Assembly: GCA_963735115.1 (NCBI GenBank)
Contig: CAVTJR010000003.1
Coordinates: forward strand, 1,231,509-1,295,508
Length of the DNA stretch: 64,000 bases
Source of the DNA: an uncultured Actinomycetota bacterium
GTDB lineage: Bacteria > Actinomycetota > Acidimicrobiia > Acidimicrobiales > Bog-793
Reading direction: 5' to 3'
Every line of letters starts with the position of its first letter. The stretch's first letter is position 1. The position numbers and the translations under genes were made by a program. Below the pieces are notes generated by a model. It ran no database searches. It was not told the origin of the DNA and saw only the letters and a list, made by a program, of their open reading frames with translations. Below are positions 29,288 through 37,135 of the stretch, one piece after another.

Positions 29288-29658
29288 CGCGACAGCGCGC
29301 CATAACGACGCGCTGCATGGGCTTTTGAAGCCTCGACGGACTCGCAAATATTCGGCGATAGGGAGCGCCTGCGAAATAAGAGCGCCGAGCCGTCGATCAA
29401 GGCGGCTTGGAGGCCGGAGCACCCTGACATTCGGTCGCGCACTGTGTTTCGCGAGCACCTCCCACCGGCGCTTCGGGGGCACGGGCGAGGTTTCCCGTCG
29501 CACTAGCCTTCCGACGGCTTGTCGGGGAGATCCAGCGCGGCGCGGATGCCTTTGATCGCCCGGCTCGGATCCATGAATCCGCGGCTCGCGAATGTTCACC
29601 CGCCTGGAGCGGCTCGATCCGGGCACCTTCGCTCGAAGTCGTGAATGTCGCTGGGGAC

Positions 29659-30171
29659 TCAGCTGTCGGGCGTGACAGCATCCAAGCGGCGCCGAACCTC
29701 CGACGTGTTCACGCCGAGAGCGCCCAGCAGCACCGCCGCAGGATCTGGTGGTTGGAGAGTGAGGATCTGGGCCAGCACCTGCTGGGCCGTGATCTGGAGC
29801 CTCCGACGGTTGGGCTTAGACGCTTCCTCGAGCACTTTCTTTGCCGCGGGCGTTATGCGGAGGCGATCCTTTTGCGCGACATCTCTGATCCTCGGCTTCT
29901 TCGGCACGGCGCGCATCGGCAATGCGGGAGCGTCGCTGCTGGACCCCAGGCCCAGGGCACCCAGGGCTTCGTGATCGAGCGACTCAAGTGCCTGGCGAGC
30001 TTGCTGCAGGTTCACGCCCAACATGACTTCGATCGAGGGATCCTCCAACAACGCGAGCAAGAGGTGATCGGTGCCATATCGGCGATCACCCCGGCGACGA
30101 GCCTCCTCAGCGGCCTGCAGACAGATGGCCCAGGCGTGAAGCGTCTCTGGCGCAACGGATTCGGTGGTCAT
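29659..30171 (-). CDS. stand-alone Clp_N (Clp repeat) domain protein
   Basis: Two Clp_N-like repeats (YGTDHLLLALLEDP.., ITAQQVLAQILTL..). The ATG at 30171 is preceded by AAGGAG. There is no ATPase motif. Confidence 0.8.
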   Translation of the reverse strand: MTTESVAPETLHAWAICLQAAEEARRRGDRRYGTDHLLLALLEDPSIEVMLGVNLQQARQALESLDHEALGALGLGSSSDAPALPMRAVPKKPRIRDVAQKDRLRITPAAKKVLEEASKPNRRRLQITAQQVLAQILTLQPPDPAAVLLGALGVNTSEVRRRLDAVTPDS

Positions 30172-30380
30172 GATGACTCCTTGTTGTATTTGGTGTGCAC
30201 GGATTGGCGCGTGACGCCCAAAGCGTCTCCGATCTGCTGCCACGACCAGCCCTTTTCCCGGGCCGACGCGACCTGGTGCGCTTCGACCCTCTCGGCCAGG
30301 CGATGCAGCGCCAACGAGGCGCGAAGCCCAATTGCCGGGTCATCCGACGAGAGATTCACGCTGAGTTCTTCGATGTCCAT
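30168..30380 (-). CDS. small helix-turn-helix protein (70 aa)
   Basis: ASAREKGWSWQQIGDALGVTRQSVHTKYNK. ATGA overlap with the Clp_N gene. Confidence 0.7.
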   Translation of the reverse strand: MDIEELSVNLSSDDPAIGLRASLALHRLAERVEAHQVASAREKGWSWQQIGDALGVTRQSVHTKYNKESS

Positions 30381-30615
30381 GCCCGTCAGTATAGACTGAC
30401 ATCCTGGATGTGTCAACCGAAACTGACACGACAGATCGCCACCGGAGTGCCCCAGGTGGCCGGGACTGGGGCGCACAGAACGGCGCCCGTCGACGCCGAT
30501 TCGGGCAGTTGCATGGTGTGCGGGCCGCCTGGTCGGCGACGCTCGAACGACTCCGAAGGATGCCCAGCGGTTCCGAACATCGGCGCGTCGTTGGCGAAAA
30601 GGAGGAGGACTCAGA

Positions 30616-30837
30616 ATGAGCTCGATCACGAAGCAACCCCGCGGCAGCTACCGGGCGCGCCATCGGATGCCCGACGCCCGCACGAGGTCGAAGTCCTTCG
30701 CCCGGTGGGCGGACGTCGAGAGGTTCCTCACCACGGTCGACCATTCCAAACTCGTGGGCGACTACACCGACAATCCTGGCCGCCGGATTGAACACCGCGT
30801 GTCCGATCCGGGTCCGGTCGAGCTGGCCGAATCCTAA
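30616..30837 (+). pseudogene. tyrosine-recombinase (phage integrase) N-terminal fragment
   Basis: PRGSYRARHRMPDARTRSKSFARWADVERFLTTVDHSKLVGDYTD resembles the arm-binding N-terminus of actinobacterial integrases. The ORF stops after 73 aa, 8 nt before the right direct repeat, and no catalytic domain follows. Confidence 0.6.
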
Positions 30838-30844
30838 AGGCGCA

Positions 30845-30891
30845 GGTCAGCCATACTTCTCGCGGTCGCTCGGCCAGTTCGGCTGGAACAT
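30845..30891. repeat. attR-like 47-bp direct repeat forming the functional 3' end of patA
   Basis: ggtcagccatActtctcgcggtcgctcggccagttcggctggaacat encodes MFQPNWPSDREKYG-stop of the 319-aa acyltransferase. Confidence 0.8.
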
Positions 30892-31806
30892 GTGCCATTG
30901 CTCAGGGGCCTGGCGGATGAGCTGCTCGAATTCGGCGGCGAGCATTCGCGTTAGGCGTGTCACGTCCGCCCGCAGGTTGTCCGTTCGCTCCATCTCGATC
31001 GGCGGGCGGATGACGCCGTGGCCCTTCCCGCCGGGTCGCTGGTAGACGATCGAGGGGAACAGCGGCGCCCCCGTTCGCAGCGCCAGCACCGCCGACCCGC
31101 CCGGGAGGGTCGTGACCTCTCCGAAGAACTCGACCGCCACCCCGTTTCCCACGAGATCTCGGTCCGCCACGAGCCCTACCAACCGGCCGGCGCGCAATGC
31201 CGCCGCCAAGCGCCCCGACGTCCCAGGCCCGAACTCGAGAATCGTGAGTCCGAGCGCCTCGCGCTGTGCTCGGAACCACTCGAAGAGGTCGGGTGGCTCG
31301 AGCGCCTCGGCCACCGTCGTCATCGGGTAGCCCTTCAAGGTCAACCAGGCGCCACCGAGATCCCAGAAGCCGAGGTGCGGCAAGGCGAGTATGACGCCGC
31401 GATGTTTCGCCATCTCCTCCTCCACCCGATCGAAGCCCTCGATGGAGAAGCGCCTGAACACCTCTGCCGGGCGCATGGCGACGAGCCGGGCGCTCTCGAC
31501 CCAGTACTTGGCGTATGAGTCGAACGCTCCCGTGACGAGACGTTCGAGAGCAGCGTCGGACAGGTCGGGGCCGACGACGCGGCGGAGGTTGGCGCGAATC
31601 ACAGGACGCCGGTCCCGCCACAGCTGCGACATCGTGAGTCCAGCGACCGACGCCAGGCCGCCCGCCAACGGGCCGGGCACGGCTTGCAATGCCGCCGAAA
31701 GCCCTCGATAGGTCCAGTACTTCCTGCTGTGGCCGAGCGGGACGTGACCGAACAGGAGGTGACCCGGCGGCGCCTCGTCTGCGTCGGCCTCGGGGGGCCG
31801 GTCCAC
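30847..31806 (-). CDS. patA: LpxL/HtrB-family lysophospholipid acyltransferase (PIM acyltransferase-like)
   Basis: GVILALPHLGFWDLGGAW (HX4D-type region) and LVADRDL..GVAVEFFGEVTTLPGGSAVLALRTGAPL. It lies immediately downstream of pgsA, as in mycobacteria. Confidence 0.8.
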   Translation of the reverse strand: MDRPPEADADEAPPGHLLFGHVPLGHSRKYWTYRGLSAALQAVPGPLAGGLASVAGLTMSQLWRDRRPVIRANLRRVVGPDLSDAALERLVTGAFDSYAKYWVESARLVAMRPAEVFRRFSIEGFDRVEEEMAKHRGVILALPHLGFWDLGGAWLTLKGYPMTTVAEALEPPDLFEWFRAQREALGLTILEFGPGTSGRLAAALRAGRLVGLVADRDLVGNGVAVEFFGEVTTLPGGSAVLALRTGAPLFPSIVYQRPGGKGHGVIRPPIEMERTDNLRADVTRLTRMLAAEFEQLIRQAPEQWHMFQPNWPSDREKYG

Positions 31807-31826
31807 CTATCGAGGCGAGCGGAGGA

Positions 31827-32936
31827 TCAGCGGCCGGAGCCGAGTCGACGGCGGAACGACGAGGCGGTTCCCTGGCGGCGACGCTCGGCGCGCGCCCGCC
31901 CAGAGCGGGTCGCCGTCCGCGTTGCTGCCCTCGTACCGGTGCGCTCCGTCTGGAACGCCTGCCGCAACCGGATCGACAGCGGTTCCTCCCGCCTGCGGGA
32001 GCGAGCGCGGCTGGCAACGGCGACACGGCGCCGGCGCCGGTCGGGGTCGCTGCTGGCATCCCGCCAAGCACGCCAGCGCGACTCCACCCGGGCTGGGCGC
32101 CGTGAGCGCGTCCCCGTCCCGGTGAGCCCGGCCATGGCGGCACCCGCCTCGGCGTCGGCGGCGTGGGCTGGGTCGCTCGCCTGATGCCACACCCGCGCGA
32201 ATCGCTGCAACGCCGTCACGACGCACAACCCCAGCAGCACGAGCAGGAGCGGGACGAGGATGAAGTGCAGTAGAAGGGCGATGCCGAGGGCAATGAGGCG
32301 CTCGGCGCGCTCCATGAGACCGCCCTTGGCGACATAGCCGAGCGACTCGGCCTTCGCCCGCTCGTAGGAGATGGTGTTGCTCACACCCAGGATGGCGAAG
32401 GGGATGAGCGCCAGCTTCGGGTCGTGACCCGGACCGGCGGCGAAGTACCAAGCCAGACCGCCGAAGATGCACATGTCGGCCACTCGGTCGGACACCGAAT
32501 CGAAGAAGGCGCCTCGCTTCGACGACGTGCCGGCTGCCTTGGCAACGGCGCCGTCGAGAGTGTCCATGAGGCCGCCGACGGTAAGAAGGACGATGGCGAG
32601 GTAGAAGTGTCCGAGCCCGATGACGGCGCCGGTGATGGCGGCCAGCAGGATCCCGAGCACCGTCACATGGTCAGCTTTGACTCCCATGGCGACGAGCCGG
32701 GGACCGATCGCCTTGAGCGTGCGGACAAACGAGCCAGGCGTCTCGGTGTCCTGCTGGGGTGCCGGCAGCTCCTCGGCCACCGGCGCCGAGACGACGACGT
32801 CCTCCTCGGTGATGACGGTGTCGGCAGTCTCCTCCTCGTCCACCTCGGACGAATCATCGCCGCGGCCTCTGCGGCCGTCAATCATGGTGCGCCCAGCGGG
32901 GTCGAGCTGGATGCGCCCGAACGACGGGCAGGGCAT
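31827..32936 (-). CDS. pgsA: CDP-alcohol phosphatidyltransferase (phosphatidylinositol-phosphate synthase-like) with an acidic N-terminal and an Arg-rich C-terminal extension
   Basis: Motif DTLDGAVAKAAGTSSKRGAFFDSVSDRVAD. The start is uncertain. G/C at third codon positions in the tail supports it being coding. Confidence 0.82.
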   Translation of the reverse strand: MPCPSFGRIQLDPAGRTMIDGRRGRGDDSSEVDEEETADTVITEEDVVVSAPVAEELPAPQQDTETPGSFVRTLKAIGPRLVAMGVKADHVTVLGILLAAITGAVIGLGHFYLAIVLLTVGGLMDTLDGAVAKAAGTSSKRGAFFDSVSDRVADMCIFGGLAWYFAAGPGHDPKLALIPFAILGVSNTISYERAKAESLGYVAKGGLMERAERLIALGIALLLHFILVPLLLVLLGLCVVTALQRFARVWHQASDPAHAADAEAGAAMAGLTGTGTRSRRPARVESRWRAWRDASSDPDRRRRRVAVASRARSRRREEPLSIRLRQAFQTERTGTRAATRTATRSGRARAERRRQGTASSFRRRLGSGR

Positions 32937-33139
32937 CTCTCACCAGCCATGTCTACGAGGTTACCAAACTACATGCGAGTAACCACGATCCGGCGTCGCA
33001 GATGCCCTCGCCGACACGGCGTCGCCACGGTAGCAAGCCGGCTCCGCCCGCCTCCTCCGCCGCAGGTAGGCTCGGGCGCCAAGCAGCTCGGTCGTTCCCG
33101 CAGGGGGTGCGAGCAGGGCGCTTCGAGGAGGTGTCTCCG

Positions 33140-35206
33140 GTGGCCACTGTGCCGTCTGCGAAGATCCGGAATGTCGCGCTCGTCGGTCACGGCGGAGCCG
33201 GCAAGACGACACTGGCCGAAGCCTTGCTCGTCTGCTCGGGCGCTCTCAACAGGGCGGGACGCATCGAGGACGGTACGACGGTCTCGGACTTCGAGCCGGA
33301 GGAGGTGAAGCGCCACATCTCCGTGTCGCTCGCCATGGCGCCCGTGCAGGTGGGCGAGTTCCGCATCAACGTGATCGACACACCCGGCTATTCGGACTTC
33401 GTGGCGGAGATGGAGGCCGCCCTCTCGGTCGCTGACCTTGCGATCGTCGTCGTGAGCGCCGTCGAGGGCGTCGAGGTGAACACCCAGACGGCTTGGCGCG
33501 TCGCCGCCGAGCTGGGGCTCCCCCGGCTCGTGTATGTGAACAAGCTCGATCGTGAGCGGGCCGACTTCGAGCGCACCCTCGACCAGCTGCGCGACCTCTT
33601 CGGCGCCGGCATCGCCCCCCTGGAGCTGCCGATCGGGCACGAGGCGGCCTTTCGCGGCGTTGCGGATCTGCTGACCGACACGGCCATCACCTACGACACG
33701 GGCTCCCCTGTGACCGGCGAGATCCCCGAGGACATGTCCGACATCGAGCACCGGGTGCGTGACGCCCTCGTCGAAGGCATCGTCGTCGCCGACGACGAGC
33801 TCATGGAGCGATACCTCGACGGAGATACTCCTTCGGCAAAGGAGCTCGAGACGACGCTGGCTCACGGTGTCGCCTCCGCAACCGTCTTCCCGGTGGTGTG
33901 CGGCTCGGCCACAAAGGCCATCGCCATCGATCGGCTCGCAGAGCTCATCTGCGAGATCGGACCCAGCCCGCTCGAGCGCCGCCCCGTCGCTGTGAGGGCG
34001 GGCGACAAGGCGACCGAGGTCGCCGTCGATCCGAGCGGGCAACCTCTCGCTCGGGTCTTCAAGACCATCGCCGACCCGTACGTCGGCAAGATCTCCCTCA
34101 TCCACGTGCTCTCCGGCACCATCCGGCCCGACGCCACCCTCGTCAACTCGAGGACGCACGCAGACGAGCGCCTGCACGCGCTCCAGCTGCTGCGTGGCAA
34201 GGAGGCGACACCGATCAGCGAGGCGCAGGCGGGCGACATCATCGCCGTGCCGAAGCTCACCGACGCCCGCACGGGCGACACGCTGGCACCGAAGGGCAGC
34301 CCTGTGGTGATCGAGACGCGGCCGACGCCGACTCCCCTGCTGTCGATTGCGGTGCACCCGAAGGCCAAGGGCGACGAGGACAAGCTCATGACGGCCCTCC
34401 ACCGCTTGCAAGAAGAGGACATGACACTCGCCGTGCGGCGAGACGACGAGACCCACCAGACGGTCCTCTCGGGCATGGGCGACACCCATCTGCAGATCGT
34501 CTGCGAGAAGTTGCAGCGCAAGTTCGGCGTCGAGGTGGCGACCGAACCCGTGAAAGTCCCCTACCGAGAAACCATCACGAAGACGGCCGATGCCGAGGGC
34601 AAGTACAAGAAGCAGACGGGTGGCCACGGGCAATTCGGTGTCGCCAACTTGCGGGTGGAGCCCCTCGAGCGGGGAACCGGCTTTGAATTCCTCGACGCTG
34701 TCGTCGGCGGTGCCATCCCTCGGCAGTTCATCCCCGCCGTCGAGAAGGGCGTGCAGGAGGCGATGGCGACGGGAGGAGCCCTCGGCTTTCCGGTGGTGGA
34801 CGTGAAGGTGACGGTCTACGACGGCAAGTACCACTCGGTCGACTCCTCCGAGATGAGCTTCAAGATGGCGGGGTCCATCGGGTTTCGAGAAGCCTTGGCA
34901 AGTGCCGGACCGGTACTCCTCGAGCCGATCTCACGCCTCGAGATCACCGTGCCGGCGAGCGCCCAGGGCGACGTCCTCGGCGACCTCAACTCGCGGCGCG
35001 GCCGAGTGCTCGGCACGGAGACGGGCACCGGCGACGAGCAAGTCGTCATCGCCATCGTCCCTACCTCAGAGGTCATGCGCTACGCGACGGATCTGCGATC
35101 GCTCACGGGCGGCCGCGGGCGCTTCTCCATCCGACACGACCGGTACGAGGTCGTGCCCGCGCAGCTTGTCGACAAGATCGTGAAGGCGGCTCAGAGCGAG
35201 TCGTAA
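33140..35206 (+). CDS. elongation factor G-like protein (EF-G2-type paralogue)
   Basis: The GTG at 33140 follows GAGGAGG. G1 VGHGGAGKTT (not the canonical AHxDAGKT), G3 DTPGYSDF, G4 NKLDRE. EF-G domains II-V are present, and the gene is not in an rpsL-rpsG-fusA-tuf context. Confidence 0.88.
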   Translation: MATVPSAKIRNVALVGHGGAGKTTLAEALLVCSGALNRAGRIEDGTTVSDFEPEEVKRHISVSLAMAPVQVGEFRINVIDTPGYSDFVAEMEAALSVADLAIVVVSAVEGVEVNTQTAWRVAAELGLPRLVYVNKLDRERADFERTLDQLRDLFGAGIAPLELPIGHEAAFRGVADLLTDTAITYDTGSPVTGEIPEDMSDIEHRVRDALVEGIVVADDELMERYLDGDTPSAKELETTLAHGVASATVFPVVCGSATKAIAIDRLAELICEIGPSPLERRPVAVRAGDKATEVAVDPSGQPLARVFKTIADPYVGKISLIHVLSGTIRPDATLVNSRTHADERLHALQLLRGKEATPISEAQAGDIIAVPKLTDARTGDTLAPKGSPVVIETRPTPTPLLSIAVHPKAKGDEDKLMTALHRLQEEDMTLAVRRDDETHQTVLSGMGDTHLQIVCEKLQRKFGVEVATEPVKVPYRETITKTADAEGKYKKQTGGHGQFGVANLRVEPLERGTGFEFLDAVVGGAIPRQFIPAVEKGVQEAMATGGALGFPVVDVKVTVYDGKYHSVDSSEMSFKMAGSIGFREALASAGPVLLEPISRLEITVPASAQGDVLGDLNSRRGRVLGTETGTGDEQVVIAIVPTSEVMRYATDLRSLTGGRGRFSIRHDRYEVVPAQLVDKIVKAAQSES

Positions 35207-35223
35207 GCGGATCGGTGAGTCGC

Positions 35224-35967
35224 TCAGTGCGGCAGGGACGACCAGGCCGCCGCCACCGCCCGATCCCCCGTGAGCTCGAGAGCGTCGATGGCGACGCGGT
35301 TCCACACGAAGAGGAAGAGATCCGAGACCGGACCGCGTAGGTATGCGGACGCAGGACCGCGATCGTTGCGGACGCGCAGGCGTCCTCCACCGATCTCGAC
35401 GGTCCAGGCGTCGTCGGTGTCCGAGGAGGCGAGGCACAAGGAGCCGCCGAGGGTGGCCGTGGGCACCTCGGGCAAATCCGTGCGCAGGTGGACGCTCAAG
35501 AACTCGTCGATGCCATCGGCGGACAGTCGCGGCTCTATCGGTGTCGGATCCGCCGCCGTGAGCTCACCGTCGTAGCGATGGATGGCCGACTCGAGCGCCA
35601 TGCGACGGGCAAGCCACCCGGTTGTGGCGTCGCGCCCGGACCAGTTCCAGCACGGCGCCTCCGGACCGGCCGCCCGCAGCGCCTCCGCCAGCTCGTCTGC
35701 CGCCTGCTCGAGCCACTCTGCCGGCTCGCCCTCTGCCGGCATGGCCCGATCGCCCAGCTCGAGGGGCGCCGTGGCATTGGCGGCGAGCACCTGAGCAAGC
35801 CAGAACGTGTACACGTGCCAGACGTGCTCGACGAGATCGCGGCCGGTCCACTCGGGACAGCTCGGGACGGCCCGCTCGAGCGCCTCGCCCGTAACGGCCG
35901 CCAAGCGCCCGGCCTCGGTGGACAGGTCCTCGAGGTACCGCTCGAAGGACAACGGACCCGAGCTCAC
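35224..35967 (-). CDS. maleylpyruvate-isomerase/DinB-like mycothiol-dependent enzyme family protein
   Basis: CPEWTGRDLVEHVWHVYTFW, WLARRMALESAIHRYD. C-terminal ..LFLFVWNR..ELTGD. Confidence 0.78.
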   Translation of the reverse strand: MSSGPLSFERYLEDLSTEAGRLAAVTGEALERAVPSCPEWTGRDLVEHVWHVYTFWLAQVLAANATAPLELGDRAMPAEGEPAEWLEQAADELAEALRAAGPEAPCWNWSGRDATTGWLARRMALESAIHRYDGELTAADPTPIEPRLSADGIDEFLSVHLRTDLPEVPTATLGGSLCLASSDTDDAWTVEIGGGRLRVRNDRGPASAYLRGPVSDLFLFVWNRVAIDALELTGDRAVAAAWSSLPH

Positions 35968-36572
35968 GAGTGCCGGATCTCCTCGCCACTCGGTCCTTGT
36001 GCGTCCTTGTGCGCCTCGTCGTGCTCCGATGGCATCTTGACGACTGCACGGGTCGACCCCTTCGGTTGGCGGCCGAGACTGCTGGCGTCGGTGATGCTGC
36101 CCACCTTCGGCGGACTCGAAGGCGCCACGGCTACTAGTCCGGCCGCACTCCGGACGGTCTCCGCGACGGCATCAGGATCAGCCACCTCCACGACAAGAAA
36201 GCGGTAGCGCACGCCGGTTGTCTCGACGAGGACTGCGTTTCTCGCGAAGCCGCACGCCCAGAAGGACCAGCCGTCACGGCCGTGCTGCGCCCCGACCTTG
36301 AACAAGGTCGTCCGGGCGCGCCGGGCTTGGCGAAGTCGGCGACTGACGTGCTGGTAGGCGGCTGGATCGTGCGTGACGGCGACCACGGAGGAGAGCGGTA
36401 CCCGCAGGCCGCGCTGCAACGCCCAGATCATTCGCCAGCCGGTCAGGCGGACGACGAGCGAGTCGCCCTCGACCTCCATCGTCGCCCACACCTTGGGTGG
36501 CTTTCGCGTAGAGCGGACGATCGGCCCGGGGGGGACACCGTCGTCGGGCGGGCGGCCGCCTAGGAGACCCAT
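35964..36572 (-). CDS. hypothetical protein (possibly PH-like fold)
   Basis: 202-aa ORF whose stop overlaps the next gene's start. An alternative start is MEVEGDSLVV at 36479. I recognise no family. Confidence 0.5.
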   Translation of the reverse strand: MGLLGGRPPDDGVPPGPIVRSTRKPPKVWATMEVEGDSLVVRLTGWRMIWALQRGLRVPLSSVVAVTHDPAAYQHVSRRLRQARRARTTLFKVGAQHGRDGWSFWACGFARNAVLVETTGVRYRFLVVEVADPDAVAETVRSAAGLVAVAPSSPPKVGSITDASSLGRQPKGSTRAVVKMPSEHDEAHKDAQGPSGEEIRHS

Positions 36573-37135
36573 GCTGCCCGCAGCCGTTTCCAGCTCACCG
36601 GGAGGGCTTCCGGCAAGACGCGTACGTCGGCTGCCGCCGTCATGAAGTTCGTGTCACCGAGCCAGCGGGGGACGACGTGCACATGGAGATGGGCGGGGAT
36701 GCCGGCACCGGCCGCTCGCCCGAGATTGACGCCGAGATTGAGCCCGTCGGGGCGGTAGGCCGCCCTCACGGCGCTGACACTCGCGTGCACCGCCTCCCAC
36801 AGGCAGGATGCTTCTTCGCCCCTCAACTCCTCCAAGTCCTGCACGTGCCGACGGGGCATCACCAGCAAGTGGCCCGTGGCGTAGGGATAGGCGTTGAGAA
36901 TGGCGACCATCGTGTCGCTCGACCAGACGACGTAGCGGTCCTCGTCGGGGGCCGGCGATGACACGATGGCGCAGAAGACGCAACGCTGGTCCACCTCGCC
37001 GCCGCCGTTCGTCGCCGGCAGCGCGGTCGCTCCCGCCGTTGTCGCCGGCTCCGGGCATTCGCCCCCATCGAGCGAGGCATCCGTCGAGGTGACGTAGGCG
37101 GCCCGCCAGCCTGCCCAGAGGTGCTCCAGGCTCAC
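36560..37135 (-). CDS. HIT family protein (Ap4A phosphorylase-like)
   Basis: Histidine triad AHLHVHVVPRW plus LNAYPYATGHLLVMPRRHV. The GTG overlaps the thrS stop (GTGA). Its position next to thrS matches mycobacteria. Confidence 0.88.
   Translation of the reverse strand: MSLEHLWAGWRAAYVTSTDASLDGGECPEPATTAGATALPATNGGGEVDQRCVFCAIVSSPAPDEDRYVVWSSDTMVAILNAYPYATGHLLVMPRRHVQDLEELRGEEASCLWEAVHASVSAVRAAYRPDGLNLGVNLGRAAGAGIPAHLHVHVVPRWLGDTNFMTAAADVRVLPEALPVSWKRLRAAWVS

Larger units (their letters stand above)
23775..30891. mobile_element. degraded integrative genomic island inserted in the 3' end of patA
   Basis: 47-bp direct repeats sit at both ends and an integrase N-terminal fragment abuts the right repeat. 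The cargo is accessory (DUF1003, redoxin, tetR, ABC-2 exporter, marR, HTH + Clp_N). The island interrupts the conserved patA-pimA adjacency and has visibly more AT-rich stretches than the flanks. Confidence 0.7.

Noticed and set aside
31827-32150. PgsA C-terminal Arg-rich tail as non-coding read-through or another hidden frameshift
   Set aside because: Third codon positions in this frame are overwhelmingly G/C, as in the genuine genes here, and no alternative frame gives a recognisable continuation. I kept it as coding, with reduced confidence.
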